Assembly: GCA_003602635.1 (NCBI GenBank)
Contig: QQSJ01000014.1
Coordinates: 1 to 49,921 of the forward strand
Length of the DNA: 49,921 nt
DNA from: Candidatus Poseidoniales archaeon
GTDB taxonomy: Archaea > Thermoplasmatota > Poseidoniia > Poseidoniales > Poseidoniaceae
Direction: 5' to 3'
The notes beneath the pieces were generated by a model. It was not told the origin of the DNA, did not search any database, and was given only the letters and a program-made list of their open reading frames with translations. Made by a program: the position numbers and the translations under genes. Positions 18,644 to 28,252 of this stretch are shown here, piece by piece; within the stretch, counting starts at the first letter, position 1; each line of letters begins with the position of its first letter.

Positions 18644-19435
18644 ATGCTGGACCTCAAGGGAAAGACTGCGTTCGTGTTTGGTGTGGCCAGCGAGGATTCC
18701 ATCGCTTGGGCCATCTGCCAGCAACTGGCTGCCGCGGGCTGCACGCTGTACCTCGGCTATCAGAAGCGGTTCATGAGCCGGATCTTCAAACTCAAAGACC
18801 AGCTCCCTTCCATCGGAGGCTTCTATCCGCTGGACGTGGCCGAGGACGCCTCAACGAAGGAGTTCTTCGACGCCTTTGCAGCGGAGCACCCCGGCAAGAA
18901 AGCCGACATCTTGGTGCACGCCATCGGTTTTGCTCCCCGGACCTGCTTCGACCGACCCATTCTCTTCGTCGAAGACGCCGACATCAACACCGCGATGACC
19001 ATCTCTGCAAACAGCCTGCAGCGCTGTCTGAAGCACGCCTTGCCCTACCTGTCCGAAGGATCCTCGACCATCACCCTCACCTACGCGGCTTCCACCCGAT
19101 ACGTGCCGTCCTACGGCATCATGAGCATGGCCAAGGCCGCCCTCGAGTGCTGGACGCGTGAATTGGCGTGCCATCTCGGGCCCGAGGGGCACCGTGTCAA
19201 CGCCATTTCTTCAGGCCCCATTCGGACCATTGCGGCTTCGGGCATTCCTGGCTTTGACAACATCCTCAATCACGTGGCGTCCAACGCGCCACTCCGGCGA
19301 AACGTCACGCAATCGGACGTGGCGGGGACCACCTTGTGGCTGGCCAGCCCCCTTTCAGCGGGCGTGACGGGTCAAGTCATTCACGTGGATGCAGGGTATT
19401 CGATCACGATGGTGCCGGAGACCATCATGGAGTGA
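18644..19435 (+). CDS. fabI: enoyl-[acyl-carrier-protein] reductase, SDR type (FabI)
   Basis: Aligns along its whole length with E. coli FabI by eye: LKGKTAFVFGVASEDSIAWAI, VHAIGFAP, YGIMSMAKAALE (Tyr/Lys catalytic pair), EGHRVNAISSGPIRTIAASGI, VIHVDAGYSI. ATG at 18644 is preceded by GGAGG 8 nt upstream. Confidence 0.9.
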   Translation: MLDLKGKTAFVFGVASEDSIAWAICQQLAAAGCTLYLGYQKRFMSRIFKLKDQLPSIGGFYPLDVAEDASTKEFFDAFAAEHPGKKADILVHAIGFAPRTCFDRPILFVEDADINTAMTISANSLQRCLKHALPYLSEGSSTITLTYAASTRYVPSYGIMSMAKAALECWTRELACHLGPEGHRVNAISSGPIRTIAASGIPGFDNILNHVASNAPLRRNVTQSDVAGTTLWLASPLSAGVTGQVIHVDAGYSITMVPETIME

Positions 19436-19444
19436 GGTGAGAAG

Positions 19445-22400
19445 ATGACGATCACCACAGCAGACGGAAAGGAGGTCGGCGGGACCGACCAAGGCCCCTT
19501 CGAACCCATCGCCATCATCGGATGCTCAGCACTGATGCCCGACGCCGCCGACGCATCCGCTTTCTGGCAGAACATCATCGACTCGCGCGTCAGCATCCGC
19601 GATCTCCCCGAAGGCCGCTGGCCAGGGCCTATCGAGCAGTTTTGGGCCGAGGGCGCTCCGGGGCAAGTCGAAGAGAACCGCACGTACGCCAAGATCGGTG
19701 CCTTCGTGGAGGGGTTCGAATTCAACTGGCGTCGATGGCGGCAACCTCCTGGTACGCTGCCTCAAATCGACCCTTGCCAACTCTGGGCCGTTGAAGTCGC
19801 CGCGTCCGCTCTGGAGCATGCCGGTTACGGCGACGACGGACGGGAGCTTGACCGAAGCCGCGTTGGCGTGGTGTTTGCCAATGCGCTTGGCGGCGAGAAC
19901 CGCAACGAATCCAACCAGCGCGTCTGGGCAGAACGCAACCGCGCATTGGCCGTTGAAGCCGGTTTGCCGGAGGCCTCCAGCCAAGCCTTCGTCGATTCGA
20001 TGATCGAAGGCGCTCCAAAGGTGACCGAAGACACGATGCCCGGTGAATTGGCCAACGTGGTGTCCGGTCGTGTGGCCAACTTGCTCGATCTGCAGGGGCC
20101 CAACCACGCGATGGACGCCGCCTGCGCTTCTTCGCTGGCCGCCTTGCTTGACGCGTGCCGCTTGCTGCACGCACGGCAGGTTGACGCGATGATTTGCGGC
20201 GCTTCGGACCGCACCATGGATCCTGCGACCTACGCCAAATTCAGCGCGATTGGAGCCCTTTCGCCAAGCCATTCCACGCCGTTCGACGCACGTGCCAACG
20301 GCTTCGTCATGGGCGAGGGAGCCGGTGCACTGGTGCTCAAGCGCCTCAGCGACGCCGTGCGTGACGGCGACGAAGTGTTCGCCGTCATCCGCGGCATTGG
20401 TGGTTCCTCGGACGGCCGAGGAAAAGGCATCACGGCACCGTCACAACGCGGTCAAATTCAAGCCATTGCGCGGGCCTACAACCAAGCGGGCTATGCCGCT
20501 TCATCCGTCGAATTGGTCGAGGCCCACGGGACGTCGACCAAGGTCGGCGACGCCACGGAATTGTCCACCCTCGGTACCCTTTGGACGGGACTTGAAGCAG
20601 GTGACAACGTCGCCGTTGGGTCCATCAAGAGCCAGATCGGCCACCTCAAGGCCGCGGCTGGCATGGCCGGGTTGCTCAAAGTCACCATGGCCTTGCACCA
20701 TGCCACCATCCCGCCAAGCGCAGGATTTGAGACGCCAAACCCGACCGTGGATTGGTCGGACAACCCCTTCTTCGTCCCAACCGAGCCGATGGCTTGGGCT
20801 CAGCCGGACGGCCATCCTCGCCGTGCTGGTGTCAGCGCATTCGGGTTCGGTGGAACCAACTTCCACGTGGCCCTCGAAGCCTACGACCCAGAACTTCACG
20901 CGGCCATGGGGGACACGTGGGCTTCCCGTTGGGACGCCTACGTCGGAGGGTCGGCGGCACCTGCTGCAGCCTCCATCCTCGATGCTTCCGCTTCGCCTTC
21001 TCTTGATCACGCCTCGCTCAAAGCGGTCGAAGGCGGGGTCTTGCTTCTGTCTGGCGACAGCGTCGAAGCCGTGTCCGAGCTGCTTGCAGGGCGCTCCGTT
21101 GATGGTCCGACCTTCGACGAGGACCCACGAGGCCACCGTTTGTCGGCGGTCTTCTCTGAGTGGTCTTCCTCGTTCGACTCGGGTGCAGCGGTCCGTCTCG
21201 CCGTGGTGGCGACCACTTGGGCCGAGTTCGAGAAGCGGAAGGGATTGGCCGCTTCATCGCTCTCCGATCCCTCCCGCTGGGGCTTCCTTGCAGCGCAAGG
21301 CATCATGATCACCGACAAGCCTGCGATGCCTCCGCAAGCCAAAGTCGCGCACATGTATCCCGGGCAGGGCAGCCAATACGTTGGCATGACCCACGACCTC
21401 TGGAAGCGCTTCTCCGCGGTCCAGGACGTGTGGCGTCAAGCCGATGAAACGATGGTCGAGGTGCTCGACGGCGAGTCCCTCTCCTCGTTCGTGCTTCGAA
21501 GCAACCTCTCCAAAGACGAGGCCAAAGAAGCCGAAGAGAAGCTGAAGCGCACCGAATACACCCAACCCGCGATGCTCACGGCGGATTTGGCCATCGAGCG
21601 CGCCCTCAACGATCACGGTCTCAAGCCAGACATGGTCGCCGGTCATTCCCTTGGCGAATACGCGGCCCTGATGTCCGCCGGCATCATGGACATGGACAGC
21701 GCCCTTCGTGCCGCTGCCGCGCGTGGTACCGAGATGGGTTCGGTGGAAATTGACGACCAAGGCCTGATGGCTTCGGTCAGCGCCCCACTCGCTGACGTCC
21801 AACGCATCCTCGATGCGACCGACGGTTACGTGATTGCAGCCAACAAAAACTCACCAAAGATGACGGTCATCGCCGGTGAAACTGCACCCGTCAAGGCCGC
21901 CATGTCCGCCTTTGAGGCGGAAAGCATGCCTTGCACCGTCCTCCAAACGTCCCACGCCTTCCATTCGAAGATCGTCGCTCCTGCCAACGCTCCGCTGCGT
22001 GCCTTCCTCGAGGAATTGGACCTCCAATGGCCTTCGATTCCCATCACCGCCAACGTCGACGGGGCCTTCTACGCCATGGAAGGAGAGAACGCTCAGGCCG
22101 CGGTGCTGGAGAAACTCGCACCGCAGATGGCTTCCTCGGTGGAATGGACCGCCCAAATCGAAACCATGGCGGCTGCAGGCGCAGGCGCCTTCGTCGAAGT
22201 CGGGCCAAAGCGCGCCTTGACCGTCTTTGCAACGCAGATCCTCGAGGGTCAACCGCATTTGGCGGTGATGACGAACCATCCGAAGCAAGGGGGCGTCGCC
22301 AGCTTCCTCTCGGCTTTGGGGATGCTCGCCCTCGCTGGACGGGTGCCCTCCCTTCCCGGAGGGACAAGTCCTGCGTTGACGGAAGCCTTCCGTGCTGGAC

Positions 22401-25400
22401 CTGTTGAGGCGTGGAGCACGGCCCCGCTTCAGCCCACTCGCTCCTCCAAGGAGCACGAAGACCTGCGAACCCGTTCGCGGCCCCTCCCGTCCACCGGTGC
22501 CGCTCCCGCAGCGGCCCATGCCGTGGCCGCTCCTGTGACTGTGGCTGCACCTGCTGATCCGGCCGAAGCCATCGCCGCGTACGTCGGTGACCGGCTGGCT
22601 GCCGTCTGCGGTTATCCGGCTCGGTTCTGCCGTGGAGCCGTCGACCTTCGTCTTGGCCTCGGTTTGGATGATGCCAAGGTGAACGCCGTCGTGCAACGCT
22701 TGCGCAGCGAAACATCGCTCGATGCCGAAGTGGACATCGCGGCTGCACGGACGCCCGCAGAACTGGTTCGGGCCGTTCGCGCACCCCCCTCTGGCTGGCG
22801 TCCTGCCGCCCCAGCCACGCGCCGCGTCGCACCCCAGGCCTCTGCCGGAGCTCCGGTGCACGACCCCATGTCGGACCGCCGTTCGAATCCGTACGTGATC
22901 ACGGGTGTGTCCCTCGGCTTGCCCGGCGGAGAACGTGTGTTCGACGAGGACGTCTTTGAGCGTCTGATTCGGGGGGAAACCTGCATCGAAGAGGTCTCAG
23001 ACGCGTACAAGCAAGCGCTCCTCGACCGGAACATCGTCCGGCTCGTCAAAGGGCGCGACGGTTCGGTTGACATGTCAGCGGCCGAAACCTTCGGAGACAT
23101 CCCTCAGTTGGCGGGCGTCGCCCACGCCTTCGACCTCGCGGAAGAGTTCGGTGTCGATCCCAAGGCCGTTCTGGCATGGGACATCACCACACAACTCGCC
23201 GTGGCTTCAGGCTTGCTCGCGTTGCGCGATGCAGCCATCCCACTCACTCCAGAAGAGCAAGTCGGCAAGGGCGGACTCCGCTTGATTCGCGGATGGCAGG
23301 TCCCTCAGCATCAGCGTGAGCGAACCGGTGTGGTCTTCGCTTCATGCTTCCCAGGCACCACCGCTTCCTTTGAGCACGCCATCAACAATGGAGCGGACGC
23401 AGAGGGTCGGTTCGACCGTCGCTTCCTGTTCCAAGTTCTCAACATGGGTCACGCTCAATTCGCCCAACACACCGGCATCCGTGGCCCCAACTCGACCATC
23501 AACGTCGCATGCGCTTCTTCCACGGCCGCTTTCAGCATCGCAGAGGATTGGCTGGCCAACGACCGTGCAGACCGCGTGGTGATCATCTCGTCCGACAACG
23601 TGACCAGCCCAGAACTGTGGTCCTGGATCGGTGCAGGCTTCGCGGCTTCCGGGGCAGCGTCGTCCAGCAATGTCGTCGAAGAGGCGGCTTTGCCGTTTGA
23701 TCGCCGCCGCAACGGTCTGATCCTCGGAATGGGGGCCGCAGCCTTCGTCGTTGAGCGAAACGCCGAGGCGGCCGATCGTGGCGTCCAACCCTACGCTGAA
23801 CTCTTGGGAACGCGCATGGCCAACTCCGCTTTCCATGGGACCCGTCTCGACGTTGACCACGTGGCCCAAACCGTGGACGGCTTTGTCGGTCAGATGGAGG
23901 ACACATGGGGCTTGGACCGTCATGCCATGGCGCCCAACACCGTGTTCTTCTCACACGAAACCTACACGCCCGCACGCGGTGGTTCAGCCCAATCGGAGGT
24001 CAAAGCCCTTCGGACGACGTTTGGAGAAAGCACGGACAAGATCCTCATCGCGAACACGAAGGGGTTCACGGGCCACCCAATGGGCGTCGGCATCGAAGAC
24101 GCGAGCATGATTCACGGCCTTCACCATCGCCGCTTCCCCCCTATCGCCAACCACAAGGAGGTGGACCCAGAGTTGGGCAACCTCAACCTCAGCAAAGGCG
24201 GCGCCATCGAGGGCATCGAATACGGCATCCGATTTGGGGCCGGTTTCGGTTCACAAATCGCCCTTTCTTTGGTTCGACGTTGGCCGGTTGAAGGCGAGCG
24301 TGTGAACGGTCGAGCGGTCCTGGCATGGAACCGACGGCTTGCAGGAACCAACGACGTGGTGCTTCGCGTGCTCGACAACAAGCTCGTGGCCTACGTGGAC
24401 GGCGAGAACAACCTCCACGGCGGCGTCCAAGGCGATGCTTGGGGTCCAAGCGAGCCCTTCGAAGGCCTCGAAGAAGAGCCCGGAGAGGCACCGTCGCCTC
24501 CCCCAACGCCGGCACCTGCTGCGCCTGCTGCACCCGTGGCCAAGGCGCCCACCGTGGCGCCCGCAAGCGACGATGAGGTCACTGCAGCGATGATCGAAGT
24601 GGTCGTTGAGCACACCGGTTATCCTGCTGAATTCATCGAGATGGATCAGGACCTCGAAGGTGAACTGGGCATTGACACCGTCAAGCAAGCGGAAATCATG
24701 GCTTCCCTGCGCGATCGTTTCTCGCTCCCTGTTGACGAGGATTTCGTGCTCTCCGACCATCCAACCCTCAACCACATGCTGGCGTACCTCACGCGCATGC
24801 AAGGCGGTGGCCCTGCGCCATCGCAGGAAAGACCCGTCGTGGCGCCTGCTCCTTCGGTCCAAGAGCCCGTTGAGCACGCCGATGCGCCTGCGCCTGCAGC
24901 GCCCACCGAAGCACCGGCCCCGGCCCCAATGGCCGAACCCGGAGATTTGGTGGATACCGTGGTTAGCGTCGTGGTCGAACACACCGGTTATCCTGCCGAC
25001 TTCATCGAACTGGACCAAGATCTGGAAGGAGAGCTGGGCATTGACACCGTCAAACAGGCCGAGATCATGGCGGACATCCGCGCTCGTTTCTCCCTGCCCA
25101 TCGACGAGGATTTCCTCCTCTCGGACCACCCTACCCTGAACCACATGGTGGCGTACATCCAACGGATGACCGGCGGAGGAGATGCACCGGTGGCTGCACC
25201 GACGCAAGCACCCGCTGCGGCAAGCCCAGCGCCGAGCGCAGCCCCCGCGCCTGAGGCCAAACCTGCCCCTGCTGCGCCTCCTGTCACGGAGGACGACGGA
25301 ACCATCGCTGCGCGTTTGGTCGAAGTGGTCGTCAAGCACACGGGCTATCCTGAGGATTTCATCGAACTCGATCAGGACCTTGAGGGCGAACTTGGGATTG

Positions 25401-28252
25401 ACACCGTCAAGCAAGCGGAAATCATGGCTGATGTGCGGGCCATCTTTGACCTGCCCGTGGACGAGGATTTCCTGCTCTCGGATCACCCCACGCTCAACCA
25501 TTTCGTGGGCTACGTCGCCAAATTCTCCTCAGGCGGAAGCGCCGCCGCCGCGCCACCGACCCCTCAGGCATCGGCCGGCGAAGCACCCAGCACGCCCGCG
25601 CCCACTTCTTCGGCCATCTCCGAAGGTTGCCGCCGCTGGCAGGTGGAGATCGAGCCTTGCGAAGGCGATGCATCGCCACTGAGCCTCAACGGCCGGATGT
25701 TGGTCACGGAGGACGATTGGGGGCTTTCTGCCGCCGTCGCAGAACGGCTGACCGCTCAAGGCTTCGACGTGGTTCACATCGGCCTCGAACCCGGAGCAAA
25801 GTCACACCGCGTTCAGGAAGAGGGTGATCGTTTGGTGCACCGCGTGGACCCGGGCTCCTCTGAGCAGATGGACGCCTTTGTGGCGTCCCTCGGAGAGGCA
25901 CCGTTGGCTGGCCTGATTCACCTTGCTCCACTGCGCTTGGCCAGCATGGCCTGGTCCGAAGAGTCTGGACCCAGTCAGCAAGTGATCATCGCAGGACAGG
26001 CATGGTTTGGTCTCCTCAAGGCCCTCGACCACCGCTTGGGCGAGCTTGATGCTGGCGTCGTGGCTTCGGTCAGCGCCATGGACGGACGCCACGGAAACCG
26101 CGGCGATCGCTTCAACGCGCTGCAAGCCGCGGCTGCAGGGGTGACAAAATCCTACGCGCACGAACGTCCGTCGCTGCGTTGCCGCGCATACGACCTTCAC
26201 CCGGACATGCTCTTGGAGGCTGAATCCACGGCCGCCCGGTTGGTGGACGACCTCCTTGGTGTCGGCGGTGACGTCGAAATCGGTCTGGACCGTGCCGGCG
26301 AGCGTTGGACCTTGGTCTGCTTCGCTGAAGACTTGGTCGACGAACAGAAACCCCTGGTGGAGACCGATGTTTGGCTGGTTTCCGGCGGTGGCTCTGGCGT
26401 GACTGCAGCGGCCGTCATCGGGGTTGCAGAAGCCTCCAAGGACGCAGGAGCCGCGTTCCATCTTCTCGGACGGACGCCCCTCATGGAAGTCACCGAAGGT
26501 TGGCTCGAATACGACGAAGCGTCGTTGGAAGCCGAGAAGATGGCCCTCAGGGAGCGGATGATGGAAGCCTCCTCGTCTGGAAAAGTCACCATGGTTGAGT
26601 GGAACCGTGCATGGGACCGCATGATGCGCTCTCGTGACGTCCAGCAAACCATCGCCAGCATTCAGGCCACTGGAAACTTGGCTCAGTATCATGCGGTGGA
26701 CGTGACGAACACCAAGGCCTTGACCAAGATTGGAGCCAACCTTGGCCACGCCATCACCGGCGTGGTGCACGGTGCAGGTCTCGAGGAAAGCAAACTTGTG
26801 GCCGACAAAACCCACGAGGCCTTCGATCGCGTTGTGCGCGTCAAGGTCGACGGCTGGACGGCGCTCATGAGCGCCGTGCAAGCGTCGGGTGCTCCGCATC
26901 CTGCCTTTGCAGCCTGCTTTACGTCGGTCGCCGGACGCTTTGGCAACGGCGGACAAACCGATTACGCAGCAGCAAATTCGGTCTTGGACGCTGAAATGTC
27001 CCGTCTGACGGCCAGCGGCGTCTGCCGTGCCGTGGCCATCGGATGGACCGGTTGGCGGGACGTGGGCATGGCGACACGCGGTTCGATCGAAGCGGTGTTC
27101 GAAGCCGCAGGCATCGAGACCCTCCCGGTCGACGTCGGCGTGGATTTGTTTGTCGGCGAAGCCTTGTCGGGTGGGAAGCGGCGCGTGCTTGGATGCGGCA
27201 GCCTTGGTGCCATGGACACCTATGCGGCCTTCCGTGAGGCTCCGCTGAAACTGCCTCCGGGCATGGCCGGACTGATCGCTGACCCTCAGCGCTTCCCCTT
27301 CATCGACAAGGTGGTGGCCTTTGAGGAGAACGAACGCATGGCCACACAGACCACGCTTTCTACCGCGCTTCACCCCTTCTTGGTGGACCACGCCATCGAC
27401 GGCGTGCCGTACCATCCTGGTGTGATGGCGCTGGAGATGTTTGCTCAGAGCGCCTTGTTGCTCAAACCAGAGACCGCCTTGGCTGGATTCAAGGACGTCA
27501 CGTTTGGCCTTCCGGTCAAGATCATGCGGGATTCGATGACCGTCAGGGTCGAGTCGTCCGTTTCTTCCTCAGACGATGGCCAGCATGAGGTTCATTGCCG
27601 GTTGGTTTCCGACCTGATGTCTTCGAGCGGTGAAGTGTTTGGTGAGCGAGAACACCACAGCGCTGTGGTGCGTTTGGTGGACCGCGCAGAGGATCTGAGC
27701 GCCTTCTTCGCTGGAGAACTTGGCGCCATGCCCGACACTGGCCTGGCCCCTGCCCCTGGTGATCTCATGCATCATCCGTCGTTCATCTACCTCCGCTACT
27801 TCCACGGGCCTCGCTTCCAAAGCCACGGTGGCGTGCTTCGTGGTGTTCAGCAGGGCGAGCATCTCGGCGTGGACGGGTTGGCGTTGATGCGCCATCAGTT
27901 GCCTGCGAAGGACCAGTTCGCCATCGAATCCGACGGCGATGCTGTGCTGCTGGAGGCCCTCCCCATGCTCATCGAAGCAGGCTTCCAGAACGCCGGTTTG
28001 GTCGCCATGGAATCCGAGGGCTTGAGCAGCCTCCCCGTGGGCATCGAGTGGTCCACCATGCTTCGTGTTCCGGACGAGGGCGAATCGCTCCGCATGCGTT
28101 CGCTGTGCACCGGGAAGGAAGAGGGTGGCATCACCGTCCACGACGTGGTCATCTTCGGCGAGGAAGACGATCCAGTGCTGGCCCTTCGCGGTCTGCGCCT
28201 CAAGGGCATGGCTCCGGTCCCCGAGGACTTGGCCGTCTCCATTGAGCGGTGA
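19445..28252 (+). CDS. PUFA-synthase/PKS-like type I megasynthase (KS-AT-carrier-like-KS-ACPx3-KR-DH), 2935 aa
   Basis: Uninterrupted 8.8-kb ORF starting 9 nt after the fabI stop. Domain motifs are listed in the sub-features below. The carrier repeats resemble PfaA ACPs (VVEHTGYP.(E/D)FIE.DQDLEGELGID.VK). Confidence 0.95.
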   Translation: MTITTADGKEVGGTDQGPFEPIAIIGCSALMPDAADASAFWQNIIDSRVSIRDLPEGRWPGPIEQFWAEGAPGQVEENRTYAKIGAFVEGFEFNWRRWRQPPGTLPQIDPCQLWAVEVAASALEHAGYGDDGRELDRSRVGVVFANALGGENRNESNQRVWAERNRALAVEAGLPEASSQAFVDSMIEGAPKVTEDTMPGELANVVSGRVANLLDLQGPNHAMDAACASSLAALLDACRLLHARQVDAMICGASDRTMDPATYAKFSAIGALSPSHSTPFDARANGFVMGEGAGALVLKRLSDAVRDGDEVFAVIRGIGGSSDGRGKGITAPSQRGQIQAIARAYNQAGYAASSVELVEAHGTSTKVGDATELSTLGTLWTGLEAGDNVAVGSIKSQIGHLKAAAGMAGLLKVTMALHHATIPPSAGFETPNPTVDWSDNPFFVPTEPMAWAQPDGHPRRAGVSAFGFGGTNFHVALEAYDPELHAAMGDTWASRWDAYVGGSAAPAAASILDASASPSLDHASLKAVEGGVLLLSGDSVEAVSELLAGRSVDGPTFDEDPRGHRLSAVFSEWSSSFDSGAAVRLAVVATTWAEFEKRKGLAASSLSDPSRWGFLAAQGIMITDKPAMPPQAKVAHMYPGQGSQYVGMTHDLWKRFSAVQDVWRQADETMVEVLDGESLSSFVLRSNLSKDEAKEAEEKLKRTEYTQPAMLTADLAIERALNDHGLKPDMVAGHSLGEYAALMSAGIMDMDSALRAAAARGTEMGSVEIDDQGLMASVSAPLADVQRILDATDGYVIAANKNSPKMTVIAGETAPVKAAMSAFEAESMPCTVLQTSHAFHSKIVAPANAPLRAFLEELDLQWPSIPITANVDGAFYAMEGENAQAAVLEKLAPQMASSVEWTAQIETMAAAGAGAFVEVGPKRALTVFATQILEGQPHLAVMTNHPKQGGVASFLSALGMLALAGRVPSLPGGTSPALTEAFRAGPVEAWSTAPLQPTRSSKEHEDLRTRSRPLPSTGAAPAAAHAVAAPVTVAAPADPAEAIAAYVGDRLAAVCGYPARFCRGAVDLRLGLGLDDAKVNAVVQRLRSETSLDAEVDIAAARTPAELVRAVRAPPSGWRPAAPATRRVAPQASAGAPVHDPMSDRRSNPYVITGVSLGLPGGERVFDEDVFERLIRGETCIEEVSDAYKQALLDRNIVRLVKGRDGSVDMSAAETFGDIPQLAGVAHAFDLAEEFGVDPKAVLAWDITTQLAVASGLLALRDAAIPLTPEEQVGKGGLRLIRGWQVPQHQRERTGVVFASCFPGTTASFEHAINNGADAEGRFDRRFLFQVLNMGHAQFAQHTGIRGPNSTINVACASSTAAFSIAEDWLANDRADRVVIISSDNVTSPELWSWIGAGFAASGAASSSNVVEEAALPFDRRRNGLILGMGAAAFVVERNAEAADRGVQPYAELLGTRMANSAFHGTRLDVDHVAQTVDGFVGQMEDTWGLDRHAMAPNTVFFSHETYTPARGGSAQSEVKALRTTFGESTDKILIANTKGFTGHPMGVGIEDASMIHGLHHRRFPPIANHKEVDPELGNLNLSKGGAIEGIEYGIRFGAGFGSQIALSLVRRWPVEGERVNGRAVLAWNRRLAGTNDVVLRVLDNKLVAYVDGENNLHGGVQGDAWGPSEPFEGLEEEPGEAPSPPPTPAPAAPAAPVAKAPTVAPASDDEVTAAMIEVVVEHTGYPAEFIEMDQDLEGELGIDTVKQAEIMASLRDRFSLPVDEDFVLSDHPTLNHMLAYLTRMQGGGPAPSQERPVVAPAPSVQEPVEHADAPAPAAPTEAPAPAPMAEPGDLVDTVVSVVVEHTGYPADFIELDQDLEGELGIDTVKQAEIMADIRARFSLPIDEDFLLSDHPTLNHMVAYIQRMTGGGDAPVAAPTQAPAAASPAPSAAPAPEAKPAPAAPPVTEDDGTIAARLVEVVVKHTGYPEDFIELDQDLEGELGIDTVKQAEIMADVRAIFDLPVDEDFLLSDHPTLNHFVGYVAKFSSGGSAAAAPPTPQASAGEAPSTPAPTSSAISEGCRRWQVEIEPCEGDASPLSLNGRMLVTEDDWGLSAAVAERLTAQGFDVVHIGLEPGAKSHRVQEEGDRLVHRVDPGSSEQMDAFVASLGEAPLAGLIHLAPLRLASMAWSEESGPSQQVIIAGQAWFGLLKALDHRLGELDAGVVASVSAMDGRHGNRGDRFNALQAAAAGVTKSYAHERPSLRCRAYDLHPDMLLEAESTAARLVDDLLGVGGDVEIGLDRAGERWTLVCFAEDLVDEQKPLVETDVWLVSGGGSGVTAAAVIGVAEASKDAGAAFHLLGRTPLMEVTEGWLEYDEASLEAEKMALRERMMEASSSGKVTMVEWNRAWDRMMRSRDVQQTIASIQATGNLAQYHAVDVTNTKALTKIGANLGHAITGVVHGAGLEESKLVADKTHEAFDRVVRVKVDGWTALMSAVQASGAPHPAFAACFTSVAGRFGNGGQTDYAAANSVLDAEMSRLTASGVCRAVAIGWTGWRDVGMATRGSIEAVFEAAGIETLPVDVGVDLFVGEALSGGKRRVLGCGSLGAMDTYAAFREAPLKLPPGMAGLIADPQRFPFIDKVVAFEENERMATQTTLSTALHPFLVDHAIDGVPYHPGVMALEMFAQSALLLKPETALAGFKDVTFGLPVKIMRDSMTVRVESSVSSSDDGQHEVHCRLVSDLMSSSGEVFGEREHHSAVVRLVDRAEDLSAFFAGELGAMPDTGLAPAPGDLMHHPSFIYLRYFHGPRFQSHGGVLRGVQQGEHLGVDGLALMRHQLPAKDQFAIESDGDAVLLEALPMLIEAGFQNAGLVAMESEGLSSLPVGIEWSTMLRVPDEGESLRMRSLCTGKEEGGITVHDVVIFGEEDDPVLALRGLRLKGMAPVPEDLAVSIER
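19496..20885 (+). other. megasynthase domain: ketosynthase 1 (approximate bounds)
   Basis: DAACASSLAAL (Cys codon 20123..20125), EAHGTSTKVGD, KSQIGHLKAAAG, FGFGGTNFHVALE. The full Cys-His-His triad is present. Confidence 0.9.
21340..22340 (+). other. megasynthase domain: acyltransferase (malonyl-CoA:ACP transacylase-like; approximate bounds)
   Basis: YPGQGSQYVGM, GHSLGEYAAL (Ser codon 21647..21649), SHAFHS. Confidence 0.9.
22560..22780 (+). other. megasynthase domain: degenerate carrier-protein-like segment (Asp at the Ser position)
   Basis: IAAYVGDRLAAVCGYPARF...LRLGLGLDDAKVNAVVQRL has ACP helix-I/II layout. It reads GLDD (Asp codon 22670..22672) where ACPs have GxDS. Confidence 0.5.
22885..24285 (+). 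other. megasynthase domain: ketosynthase 2 (approximate bounds)
   Basis: ITGVSLGLPGG start, NVACASSTAAF (Cys codon 23510..23512), FSHETYTP (first His), NTKGFTGHPMG (second His). The triad appears retained, so this is not a classical Cys-less chain-length factor. Confidence 0.8.
24570..25520 (+). repeat. three tandem in-frame carrier-domain (ACP) repeats, about 360-nt period
   Basis: Three copies of ...VV(V/K)(E/H)HTGYP.(E/D)FIE(M/L)DQDLEGELGIDTVKQAEIMA..R..F.LP(V/I)DEDF.LSDHPTLNH..., separated by Ala/Pro linkers. The cores are also similar at DNA level (roughly four in five positions by eye). The attachment-site codon is ACC (Thr) in all three: 24677..24679, 25046..25048, 25403..25405. Confidence 0.9.
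25625..27170 (+). other. megasynthase domain: ketoreductase (structural plus catalytic subdomains; approximate bounds)
   Basis: Rossmann motif VWLVSGGGSGVTAAA from 26369. TSVAGRFGNGGQTDYAAANSVLD with the catalytic Tyr codon at 26963..26965. Confidence 0.85.
27288..28249 (+). other. megasynthase domain: PKS-type (double-hotdog) dehydratase (approximate bounds)
   Basis: LHPFLVDHAIDGVPYHPGV fits HxxxGxxxxP (His codon 27389..27391). About 320 aa run to the C-terminus. Confidence 0.8.

Noticed and set aside
24570-25520. A periodic about 360-nt DNA repeat that could be mistaken for a non-coding tandem repeat or array
   Set aside because: The repeats are in-frame carrier-domain duplications within the megasynthase ORF, with Ala/Pro linkers. 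This is not a CRISPR array or satellite.
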